This document shows positions 1 through 11,810 of a DNA stretch of 64,000 nucleotides, piece by piece (positions within the stretch are counted from its first letter, which is position 1; each line of letters begins with the position of its first letter). A program made the translations under genes and the position numbers. Below the pieces are notes generated by a model, which saw only the letters and a list, made by a program, of their open reading frames with translations, was not told the DNA's origin and made no database searches. The stretch is from Malacoraja senta (Eukaryota), in NCBI GenBank assembly GCA_038087875.1, contig CM075996.1, forward strand, positions 1,118,001-1,182,000, read 5' to 3'.

Positions 1-1339
1 GTGGAGATTTATGGAACAAACGTGAGCGGATGGGATAGTGTAGAATGACATCTTGGTTGGTATTGGTGAGTTGAATCAAAAAGCCTGTTTCACTGCTGTA
101 TGGCTCTTTGACACTCTTTAAAGCTCATGTCCTTCAGTTTTAGACTCCCCCACTGTAGGAAAAGACTGCGACGATCCTCTTTGACTCTGTCCCTCAAAAC
201 GTTATCAACCTCTAAGGTCACCTCAGCCTCCTAAGCTCCAGGGAAAAAAGCCATAACCTATCCATTTTGCTCAATCTTTGCTTATCTGACAACCTTTTAT
301 CTCCAGTTTACCTCCAGGCTTTGCAATAATTGTGACTCGTCTGTCAATAGTCCCTGCCCCCACCCCTCACCTGCATCCACCTATCACGATAAAAACAATG
401 AACTGCTGATCCTGGTTTGCATCTCATCTCCACATACCATGATTCCATCCTACCCCCACCCTCCCCGCCATTGTCCAGACCCTTCCAACAGCATCCACCT
501 ATCATTTGCCAGGCTTTCCCCCCCTCCAATATCTCATCCAGCTGTTTTCCCTACCCCAAAAACTTGGGAAAAAAGATCCCGACCCAAGACATCAGATATC
601 CATTCCCTCCACGGATCCTGCCTAACCCACTGAGTTCCTCCAGCACTTTGTATCCAGTATCTGCAGTTTCTTGAGTCTTCATCATGGTACATGTTCATTT
701 TTTTTGCAAATTGTTTTCACTGGGAACAAAAATGAATGAATATTTGGGTCCTTCCTGCCTTAATTCAATATTCAAATTCCTTAAAAACAATTTTATTAAA
801 TCAGAAGCTACACGTATGCCAATGTTGTGTTTCATGCAGCTGACAGTATTTCTTGTGTTCGTGCCCTGCATCAGTTTTAATCTGCAGGCAGACCTGACTG
901 GTTATGATGTGATTCTGTGCCAGGGTAACTTCCACACCAAGTTTCACACTGGCAATGATGTCAAACATTAACTCCCTCGACACTTTGGGAACTGCTGCCA
1001 ATTCAACAGTAATGTTTCCACAGAAGTAAACAGCCCATGGGGGTAGAACTAATAATGCAGGGAACATTCAGCAGGCTGGGCACCCTTGTGGTAAGGGCAC
1101 AGAGATAACATTACCAACTTCCCATCAGAAAGGTGGAACATCACAGAGATGCAAGTTTTAGGATGCAGAGAAGGTGGTGGTGGTGGTGGGGTGGGGGGGG
1201 GGAGGGGCAGGAGGAGGAATAGGTAGGTTGGAAAACCAGGTAAAACAACAGAATATTTAAACAGGGTGGTTAAGAATGTTTAATTGTCATTTGTACTAGC
1301 AATGGAACAATACAATTCTTGCTTGCTGTAGCCTGTCAC

Positions 1340-1790
1340 AGGAGGGCACAGCTGTGAGAAGGCACCTGGATTAGAGGGTGGTAGCTACAAGGTTGGAAAT
1401 AGTTGGATTGCTTTCTCTTGTGTATGCAGGATATGTATATAACGTTATGACAGGCATAGACAGGGTAGATGGTCAGAACCTTTTTCCAAGATTGAAAATG
1501 TCAAAGACTAGAGGTCATAGCTTTAAAGTGAGAGGGACAAAGTTTAAAGGAGATGTGCAGGGCAATTTTTTGTTACAGAGGGTAGTGAGTGGCTAGACAT
1601 GCTGCCACGGGTGGTGGTGGATGCAGATATGATCGTGGCATTTAACAACCTCTGAGAGGCACGTGGAGATGTAGGAAATAGTGGGATATGGAGCATCTGC
1701 AGGCAGAGATTAATTTAATTTGGCTTCATGTTGGGTGTAGACATTGTGGGCCTTAGGGCCTGTTCTCATGCTGTACTGTTCTATGTTTAT
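1340..1790 (+). mobile_element. CR1-clade LINE 3' fragment (degenerate)
   Basis: ORF remnant GIDRVDGQNLFPR...TRGHSFKVRG..F...F..QRVV, typical of the CR1 ORF2 C-terminus, followed by a CR1-type 3'UTR (gggcc..agggcctgtt...ctgtactgttctatg). Confidence 0.8.
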
Positions 1791-1820
1791 TATAATTGTT
1801 GTGTGATCCTTTGCTCGTAG

Positions 1821-4774
1821 TGGCTTCTCAGCCAGTGGCCGGCAATACCAGGGGAAATCCAGGAGGTCACCCGCCTGCAAGACTCGGCTTACTTCAGGTA
1901 TTTGTGTCTGACATAAAGCCTTGTACTAGTCTCATTGGCCTGCATTTGGTCCATATCCCACTAAGCGTGTAGCTGTTAGTTTAGGGTCAGGATGGTGATT
2001 TTCTGATTTCTCACAGTGACTTCCATCATCCCTCCATGAAGTAATTCATCTGAAAATCGATGAAGTGAAATGTCCTTTTGGCTTTGTTCGATTTCCAATA
2101 TTTACTCGTTGTGTTAGGAAACAGAAAGCCACTGCCTGCAAGATAGGATGTCTTGTCAACGGACTCTGACATATGAGCTATAAATAGTTTTTATATACAG
2201 ATGCAAACATTTATTCCTTCCTAGGATAAAGCTGAGATCGCCAAGAAAGAAAGAAATGTTAACATCTGTGTTTACTGTTGTAAGGTTGAAAATTAATTGA
2301 TGTATTAATTTCAATCAGTATAATGAGGAGTTGAGAACTTGTCTAATCCTAGACGTAGTGAACCTTGGTCTGTTACCCTGGGTCATAAAATAAAAGTTTC
2401 TGTCTAAGTTTCCATCATAACACAAGCAGTGATTCAGTCTGTAGGAAAGAACTGCAGATGCTGGTTTAAATCGATGGTAGACACAAAATGCTAGAGTAAC
2501 TCAGTGGGACAGGCTGCATCTCTGGAGAGAAGGAATGGGTGACATTTCGGGTCGGGGCCCTTCTTCAGACCGCTGTGGGCCGGACAGAGATATAATGTAA
2601 TCGTTGACAGTAAGACTGGTGGGAGAACTGGGAAGGGGGAGGGGATGGAGAGAGAGAGGGGGAAAAATGGCTGTTTGAAGTTAGACCAGTCTGAAGAAGT
2701 GTCTTGACATGAAAAATCATCCATTCCTTCTCTCCAGAGATGCTGCCTGTCCCGCTCAGTTACTCCAACTTTTTGTGTCTATCTTCGGTCTACCTGCAGT
2801 GCCTTCCTACACATGTAAAGTGTTAAAGATGGTTTTTGATCTCTGCACAATTCACAGCACAGAAACAGGCCCTTCAGCCCACCGAGTCTATGCCAACCAA
2901 CAACCACCCCTTTACACTAACCTTTACATGAATCCTGTTTGTTTTTTTATCCCCCCCCCTCATTCTCATTAACTGTCCCCAGATTTTACTCATCAACGAG
3001 GGGAAATTTGTAGCAGCCAATTAAACAACAAACATGTGCGTTTGGGATGTGTGATTCCGCATGTGAACACAGGGAGATCATGCAAACTCCACACAGATAG
3101 TATATAGAGGGCAAGATTGAACAAGTGTCTGGCACTGAGAGACGGCGGCTCTACCAGCTGTGTCACTGGCTGGCAGGTCAGACTGACATGACACTAGATC
3201 CTGGTGTTTTGTTCGAGTGTGGTCACAAAGCTGCCAACACAATTCATGCTGACGAGTCAATGTTTATCTGATCTTCAGCCACTTAATAAGGTTGAGTTTC
3301 CAAATCTGAAATCCTTTTAACAATCAGTTGAAGTGACAGGAATGCAAAAAGTTACCCTGTAGATCACAAGGAACGAGTTTACAGAGACAAAGATATAAAT
3401 TCTGGAATTCTGACAAGTTCATAAGAGAAACCCATGAAAAGGTCACAACTTTCCCTGATAACGACCGAGCATCCCTTTCGTTGTTATTTTTATAGCTACT
3501 TCCTGACTCCGATTCCAAAGGTGATGTTCAGGCAAGGAAAGGATGGAATATGGAATTCCTGGTTGTAACTCCCTCACTACCATCTCCGTCTTCATCTGTC
3601 CGCGGTTAGTTTCTGATAGGGCCACAGTTTTGTGGGTGGGGGCCTCGCGTGAGTCTGCACAGACACAGGAATGCTGGAGAGGCTCAGCCAGACAGGCAGC
3701 AACTCTACAAAGACAAACCACATTTCAGGTCAACAACCCTCCCTCAGAGCTGGGCAAGACTGGAGCATTTACACTCTTCAAATTCAGCATCTGCAAATTA
3801 ATTTGTTTTTATTACTGTTGAAATCCCAGCCAGCCCTCACCTCACCACCTCATCAGCTGCAGTAACATTTTAAAGTACGAATGTAGTCAACAAAACTCTT
3901 TCTCTCCTCACTGACACTTGTTGGGCTCCTGGTAGTCCATTGGAAAAAGTCTAACAGGTTAGTGAATTACAGGGCTATCCAGCCTTGTCAGTCAGTGGCC
4001 AGAGAATGCATCACCCTTCTGTCTGTTTGCCACTGTAAACATTGGTTCAACTGCTGTGCCAGAGGGATGTACTGGGCTACCACTGTTGCTGCTGTAAACA
4101 TTGGTTAGACTGCTCTGTCCAACATTGTGTACAGTTCTGGCCAACACATTACAGAGAGATCCATGGGAATATTGCTGGGAATAGAGGGCGGTAGCAGTGA
4201 GCGTTACGCTTAGAGGGCTACAAAATAAAGAGGAGCACAGATCGGGTAGATGGTCTGCCTCTTTTTCCAAGGGCACAGGACATGAGAGAACTCAAGTTTA
4301 AGATGAGGGGAGAAATTTCAGGGATATGCGAGGGGTAAGCTTTCCACGCTGGGGTGGTGAATGTCTAATGAGCTAGTGGAGGCAAATACAACTACAATGT
4401 GTAAAAGGTACCTGGAGAGAAAAGATATGGAGGCATATGAGCCCTAATGCGGGTTACTGAAATGAGCTAGAGAGTTGTCACATTCAGCATGAACGGTGGG
4501 CGGAAAGGCTGGCTACTATGCTGTATTAATCTGTGCTATCAGTTCTTAACTCTTGTACACATAGAAATGGTATAAGGTTTAGTTACACTTTGTGAAATGA
4601 TAATGCATGACCTTTCTTTACACAGCACAGTACTCCAGCCCAATGTTACATTCACTGGGCAAGAAAAATGGAATCGGCGGCAGCCTGCCAGGCAGCCAGA
4701 GTTTTCAATTCCTGTCGCAAACCAGTTTGAAGAATTCAAGTAAAATGCTTTCTTTCGGACCAGAGGATGATTGA
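1821..4774 (+). CDS. Candidate terminal coding exons of an unidentified upstream gene (1821-1897, 2225-2279, 3496-3604, 4626-4774)
   Basis: Each segment has a pyrimidine-rich AG acceptor, and the internal ones have GT donors (CAG|gtattt, GTT|gtaagg, GCG|gttagt). Phases chain 0-2-0-1 into WLLSQWPAIPGEIQEVTRLQDSAYFRIKLRSPRKKEMLTSVFTVLLPDSDSKGDVQARKGWNMEFLVVTPSLPSPSSSVRAQYSSPMLHSLGKKNGIGGSLPGSQSFQFLSQTSLKNSSKMLSFGPEDD*. I do not recognise the protein, and an alternative frame exists. Confidence 0.35.
2440..2812. mobile_element. Penelope-like pLTR pair in inverted orientation
   Basis: Left arm aaagaactgcagatgctgg...cccttcttcagac; right arm gtctgaagaag...ctgcagtgccttcctaca is its reverse complement. 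The minus strand at ~2539-2571 reads GGT-CTGAAGA-agggccccgaccc-GAAATGTC-ACC. Confidence 0.75.
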
Positions 4775-6289
4775 GAACACGAGACAGTAATTGCATTTGT
4801 TTGCTCCCACTTGCCCTGTCTGCATTTGAAATTCGAACTGCGTTGATAATATTGATTATTGAGCAGCCTGATGCCGTTTCCAATCCTGAGGCTGACCTTG
4901 CAGTATTTTCAATACTGTTAACCTTTTAACTATTTTGCATTCATTGTTTTCATTCCATCGTCATTTGCCCGACTCCCTGACAGGGCAACAGTGCTCTGGT
5001 TCCTGGATAGTCCTCGGAATGTTTTTCACCTCACTCCATGGCTGGTCGACTGGAAACAGGATTCTTTCATTCTGTCTAATTGCGCTGCCTAACGGGATTG
5101 AGTTCTGCACTCTCATCCTGTGGCTGTGCTGAGTTCTGTGAAATCTTCCCAATTAGCACAGTCAAGCAACATGCATCTTTTGAAAGCCATGCTTAAATAA
5201 AAGCCAAATCTTAAATAAAATAAGATTTTTAAATTGGTGGGCTCTGCTCCTAATAACAGCTTGATGTTGGCTCCTGTAAAGCCATAATTCTCAGGCACTG
5301 GAAAGCACGAGGGCAAAATGGGTGCAAAGTAAAACCCATTAAACGATACAGGTGTCATTTAAATTCTTGATACTTCACTGTTAAGAGACAGCAGGAATTC
5401 TTACGGCGCCTATCCAGATGAAGGAGGTTGCAGTCCATAGTTCTGCCAACCAAATGAGCATTGAAGTCTGAGTCCCTGCATGTAGGTTGTGCAGCTCTGT
5501 TGCTCCCAAGTGCACACAGTCAGAACTGCTCTGGTAAGCTAGCTTGTATTTTAATGGAAGTACAAGAGACTGCAGGTGCTGGATTCTTGAGCAAAAAACA
5601 AAGTGCTGGAGGAACTCAGCGAGTCGGACAGCATCTGTGCAGAGAATGGTCAGGCAGTGTTTGGGGTTGGGACACTTCAGATGATGGTCATGGCAAGTTT
5701 GCTTCTTAACTTTGCCATAACTAACTAATATTTTCTTATCAAATATGCTTCCTTCCCATTTCATTCCATTGGGGGATGCACCTTCAGCAGAGGTGAAACT
5801 AGGTCTCCAATATCCTGATTTCATATGTTTGGTCAAGTTTGATTTGACAGTCTGCATCACGATGCCTAGATCTTGTCCTGTGTAGGTCTCCTCCTCTGTG
5901 GCACTGCAGAATGTAGCAATATATCGCGTGAGGAAGAACAACATTCCTTTTATGTGAATGTGCCACACCTTTGTTTCATGCATGGTAGAAATGGAAGTAG
6001 TCCTTTCACCTTTTAAGAATGTTTTGCTGAAATTGATTGCACAAGTCATGACGTCTTTGCTTTCACAAATTAATATTGTTATAGAAATTGGTTGTACTGA
6101 AGGCACGAATAGTGGGAAGAACATTAATTCTCATGCTGACAAAGGACAGTTTCTTCAGGCTCTTAAATGTGAATTGTTCTATCCAATAAAAGGGCAAAGT
6201 TGCCCCATTACATGGGGAGAGAGAGTACAGTTAATGTTTGGCCTCAGCAGCCATGCACGGGTTGCCATTCTCTTAGCCAAGGTCCATCT

Positions 6290-6317
6290 CTGAAGAAGGG
6301 TCTTAACCCGAAACGTC
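6290..6317 (+). ncRNA. Minimal hammerhead ribozyme motif in a solo pLTR
   Basis: CTGAAGA (CUGANGA), then a-GGGT-ctta-ACCC (stem II), then GAAAC-GTC (GAAA core, palindromic ACGT mini stem III, GUC cleavage triplet). The host copy is flanked by the direct repeat tccatctctg. Confidence 0.6.
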
Positions 6318-7988
6318 ATCCATTCCTTCTCTCCAGAGATGCTGCCTGTCCCGCAGAGTTGCTCCAGCACTTTGTGTCAACCTTCCATCTCTGGCATGTT
6401 GCAAACAGCTCATGGATCAAATAGTGCAAAGGAAAGAGATTTATTTCTGGGGCAACCTGTCAATGACACTGTCGGTAACAGGACGATTCAGCGTGATAAC
6501 ACAAGGATTTTTTTTTAGGGTAAAGACAGGCAAAACTCTTTGTTATTGGCTTCAAGCCAATTCATCAATCTCCCGATTGCAATAATACCAAAAGAGTCAG
6601 CAGATTGTTGCTCCAGATACCAGCCCCTTGTATCTCGACCATTTGCAAGTGACCACGATGTAAAGAATTATTACATATTGTATGCTAAATTAAACCCAAC
6701 ACATGTTGCAGCACCGTGCCTTTATTGAAGAAGATTTTACTTTGAACTTGTAGATTACCAAGTATTAATCTCATAAACTGACATACGTAGCCTTCCAATA
6801 GTATTATCATGGTGGCTTTTCCGTTCAGCCAGCCACATTGCCACCGCTAACTTGTTTTGCTGCCTACGTTCCACATTTTTTTCAGCTCCTGCTGTTGGGT
6901 GGTCAAGCAAGGGCTACAGAATGACAAGCACACTCCAGAGAATTAGCCCTGACTGAAACAAAAGGAGTGTATTGGAAATAGGCTGAAATGCAAAGGGGGC
7001 AACACAGGCGTAAATGCTTTGGCTAGATTGCCGAGTGGAATTGTAGATCAGTAGTACTCCTTTGATCACAGGGCAAGCAGGTAAAGCATAAAGTTTGGTA
7101 TGTATATAGCTTAAAGAACATGATACTTTATTGATGTCAGCATTGTATATTGCTTTATTTTTTAACTAGTCTCTTTGTGTTGAGGGGAAATCTTTTGTCC
7201 CTTTCCATGTTTGAAATGTAAAAGTACTGATTTTATTAGTGTTGGGAGAGCACCCATGAAATGCAAACCTAAAGCTTGCCTAATGCAGTCATCCAATACA
7301 GAATCTCTCGTGATTAAACATTCAGATTAAGGCCAAAACTATGAATATCATGCTGTTTGTACAAATTGAACACAAAGACTTTATCCTTGTGCTTCACCCT
7401 TTTGCTGTATAGTATCCCAAACCATGACACAAGTATACTGTGGAATTTATCACTTAAATCTGTTGGAATGGCATTCTTAACTGGAAGCTACCTGTGGTTA
7501 TGCAGAATGCCACCTAGAGCGGATGCAGTGACCCAGAACACATCGCCTCGGCATAGTGCTGGCCAGATCAACATGATTGCTCAGCAGGTGATATCCGTGG
7601 AGACTTGGTTGAGCTGACTCTGCCCGCCAAGCATGAAGCAACACCCATGTATGTTTGATGCAATAGGCACTGTGATTGACAGGAGCACAGGAAGCTTCCA
7701 ATTTCAGAGAAACCAGAAGGTTAGTAACTTGTTCTGAGTTACCTAGCACCCGAGAGCCTGTTGCTTAAGAGTGTTCTGTGCACCAGGCAAATTGTAGCAT
7801 TTGTCAATCGGCCATCCAACGTGATAGTAATCTATATCAACAAATCTAATGTAGTGTACAGAATCTGCATTGTCAATGGGTTATGACTTTATCAAGTATT
7901 CTGTGAGTGTGACGTCCTTAGGCAGCATAAAGTTGGATTTGGTGGCTGCTCCCCTTTCTTATCCTGTCAAATATTGTGCTTAATTTTC

Positions 7989-7994
7989 AATAAA
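7989..7994 (+). terminator. Candidate polyadenylation signal
   Basis: AATAAA followed ~20-45 nt later by GT/T-rich sequence (gggtatgtgatttatttgttatgt), ending a repeat-poor AT-rich stretch that resembles a 3'UTR. Confidence 0.3.
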
Positions 7995-9321
7995 TTGTTT
8001 ACTAATAACTAATGGGTATGTGATTTATTTGTTATGTAAACGGTGATGTCTTTTTTAAACCCTGTCTTACTATATTCACTGGTTCTTCCTCTAACCGAGA
8101 GAATGGGTCATGTTTCCACCAGACCCCAGTACTCGCATGGTCAGGATTCCTGCTGGTTCTGCATCTGCCTCCCTTGTGCCTCTGGGGTAAGAGCCAGGGC
8201 TCCAGAATGTAGGTGGGATGTGCGGCCAGAACTAGGGTCCGGAGTGTAGGTGGGACGTGTGGCCAGATCTAAGGTCTAGAGTGTAGGTGGGACGTGTGGC
8301 CAGATCTAGGGTGTGGGTGTGTTGGACGATGGGTTAGGAACCATGGGTCGGTCTGTGACTGCAGTGGGGAGCTGTAGACTTTGTGCCGCCCAAGTCCTCT
8401 GGCTTTGTTTTCCTGCTTCCTTTAAGCTGCTGGGCTCGATTAAAGGTTATTAACCTGAAAATAAGTGCAACAAATATGCGCTTGGGTATGAATAAGAGAA
8501 ACATCTAATAGTCCAGAAAATCAGATAGACTGGCACCAGCAAAGTCCCCAGAGTGCCGGGCGTTCATGTGGTTGGGTTTCTACATCATTTATATATAAAA
8601 TGAAACGCATCCTAATTCATGACATTTTGCCCCGAACAACAATTTCTAAATAACAAACCTTATGTTGATGCGTTAGCCCTGTTGCTCCATACTCTTCATT
8701 GCTTTTTGCTTAAAGCTTTGAGTTTCAAAATTCCCTTTCTTGTTTCCAAATCCCTCCTTGGTCCCGGCCCTCACTATCTCTGAGAGGTGATAGTTCACCT
8801 CGAGAGGTCACCATTCAGCTCTTGAGGTCAACGCAGAATTTAAAGGCCTCTCTAACGTAGGCTGTGCCTACATTGGCCAAGGCCTTCACTGTGGAGTGCC
8901 CTCATGTTCCAGCTTAAATATTGACCAAGGTTTTGTTTCCAATCCTAATATCCCGGGGCTCACTGGTGAAATTAATTTACCACCTTGTGAAACAGTGTGG
9001 GACATTTTGGCTTTGTTAACGGTGCTGTATTAATACAAGTTGTTGATGGATTTGAGCAGCTTTATTACCCATGTAAGGTTGGAACCAGCAGTTGGTCTCC
9101 AGCTGGCATTTGAATTGCAAAATCTGTGAAATGGACTGTTGGCTTTTAACGCTGAGACCCTGATGATGTGACGTATCTCCAGTGTTTGGGAGGGAGTAAG
9201 AGCCGTTCTTGGCTGAGGCTGAGAAACTGGGTAACTTTACAGAAACTGCTTGCTCCATCTGATTCCCTAGACTGGTTCTGATCACTTCCAGCAGTAGGAT
9301 TCTGCTGTCCTTAAGCTGACC

Positions 9322-9423
9322 TTAAGATCAGTCTGAAGAAGGGTCTTGACCAGAAATGTCACCCATTCCTTCTCTCCAGAGATGCTACCTGTCCTGCTGA
9401 GTTATTCCAGCATTTTGTTCTAT
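9322..9423 (+). mobile_element. Solo Penelope-like pLTR copy with target-site duplication
   Basis: Flanked by cttaagctgacc at 9310-9321 and 9424-9435. Contains ctgaagaagggtcttgaccagaaatgtc. Confidence 0.7.
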
Positions 9424-11514
9424 CTTAAGCTGACCACATGACTATGGGAAAGTGTCTGTTATTAATGCTCTGGGCAGTGTAGAACGATTCTATGTAAAAG
9501 CTGCTCTTTTCTAATCCATTGTTCTTTTTATGGAAGGCTGATTAACTGCTGATATTTCAGGCACAGAATTTTGTTGAGAATCATGCGCGATTTTCACCAT
9601 TGCAATTTTATTTCAATCCAGTTCACACTTTTTCTATGAAAGACACAAAGTGCTGGAGTAACTCTCTGGGTCGGGCAACATCCGTGGAGAACACGGGTAA
9701 GTGACGTTTCGGTTTGGAACACTTCTTCAGACGCTGTCTTCTTCACACTCTGTGGAGTCTGAAAAAGGGTCTCGACCCAAAGCGTCACCTATCCATATTC
9801 TCCAGGTACCCGCTGTGTTATTCCAGCACTTTGTGCCTTTCCTTGGTAAACCAGCATCTACAGTTTCTTGTTTCCACACTGCCCATGTTCCTCCCACGTA
9901 AAGCAGACACTTGGAGATCTCGTATTTTAGATATTTGACCAAGGATGGATGGTGTTCATGAAGGATAAACCAACGTTCTCTATCAAAATGTGTTATTTGT
10001 ACAATAGATCACAACTCCTCAGACAAAAGTGCCTGTGGTTGGTAAATGGGGAGAACACTGAGGGAAGCAACAGAATCCATTAATGTGTTTGTCTTGATTG
10101 CAGTATAATACACAATTTAAACGTCTGATGTAAAATTGTTTATTGTTAACGGCATGATTAATATTTTATCTGGAACTTTATTCCGAGCGCAAGGTTCATC
10201 TTTGTTTATGGTGTTTCTTGAAACATATTTTATGCAGAAAATCATAAAATGAGCCGGTTCCCCTCTGCCATCAACGGGCACGAGGTCTGGAGAATGTTGC
10301 TTTGTTCACAAACATCTGGCTCTAATGTTACATTAACCAGACTTAAAAGCCATTAAACCTGAAACTTGGTACGGTTTCAGACCTGATCTTGATACTTTTG
10401 TCGTGCTGATTATGTTTTTAGGGTGGGTTGTTGCTGTAACAGTATTTGAGGCAGGCTATCAGACCTTGGAGATCCTTGAAGACCTCAAGCAGAGCCTTGG
10501 GAAAGGTTGAGTACTCGTCTGCCTAGGGAAGCCATCGTTTACTTTCATGTAGTTAATAATGATGTTTTAAATCCTCCCTTTTGGATCTCTACAACAGATT
10601 CAGTGCCTTAGACACCAACTATTTTTGATTGCTGTTTGCTTTTGACGAGCACGTTTCAGAATACCTTGTCTCGGCAGAGCTGAGTTCTGGAGTTTGGACA
10701 AATTACTTCCTCAGAGTTCTGCTGTTCAATAGGGGCCAGAATGGAAACTTTTTTTCTTGGCTGGTTTGGCATTTGTTTGGATATCTAATCATCTTTAACA
10801 TGAATACATCTCTTATTCCATGTTTTTTGTTCAACTCTCAGTCAAGCTGTTTAAGTATAGGACCATATAGGTTACAACAATTTGGTAGAAATGGGGAATT
10901 GCAGATGCTGGTTTAAGGCACAAAGTGCTCAGCAGATCAGGCAGCATCCCTGGAGAACATGGATAGGTGATGTTTCTGGTTGGGACCTTTCTAACGTGAC
11001 CTGAAGCATCTCCTATCCATGGTAGTTACATTACTGGACTGCTAATCAGGAGGTCCAAATTAATCTGGAGCTGTGAGTTCAAGTCCTGCCATGGAGCTGG
11101 GGTTTGGAATTTAGCAATTATTTACATTTGGAATTAAAAGGAAATCAGTATTAAGAATGTTAGCCATGATTCATGTGGAATTTTAATAAAAGTAACCTAT
11201 CTGGTTGAACCCCTGGCTTGCTCCCAACATGGTCTGCCAAGATACTTGGTCCATTTAGGGATTGGCTGTATGTTCTGGTCTTGCCCGTAACACTGAGGAA
11301 TGTAAAGTGAGAGTTGATGCCTCCTGTCGTGTTCTGGCAAACTGCACGGTTACTTGGCAGAGCCCTGGCAAATACTACCCAGACGGGCGGGTAATGTAAT
11401 GCAGGGGGTGGCATGGGTGGGTGTCCTGGCAAGAGGCAGAGTAAAATATAGCCTGTTTGCTGGCTTTGTGTACGAGCTTCCTCTGGCAGGAGAGTGAAAT
11501 GATGTCTGGAGTTT

Positions 11515-11810
11515 AATTTACAGATGCACTGTGGAAACGGGCACTGCAGCTCACTGGGGCCTATGCCAACCAGCGATCACCCTGTACACTAACACTATCC
11601 TACACACTGGGGACAATTTTACAATTTTTACCAAGCCAATTAACCTACAAACCTGTACGTCTTTGGAATGTGGGAGAAAACCTGAGCTCCCGGAGAAAAC
11701 ACACGCAGTCACAGGGAGAATGTATAAACTCCATACAGATAGCGCCCGTAGTCAGGATTGAATCTGGATCTCTGGCGCTGTAAGGCAGCAACTCTACCCG
11801 CTGTGCCACC
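11515..11810 (-). mobile_element. HE1-type tRNA-derived V-SINE
   Basis: Diverged reverse complement of the + copies at 54976 and 60402. Confidence 0.8.

Noticed and set aside
3443..3721. FN3-like word VVRELQPGIPYSI on the minus strand (PTPRH neighbours SYT5 in mammals)
   Set aside because: Only a short motif, with no surrounding FN3 pattern or matching splice sites; the + strand has better exon signals here.
5381..6124. 247-aa minus-strand ORF
   Set aside because: Runs through a pLTR repeat, has no recognisable domain, and is antisense to a putative 3'UTR.
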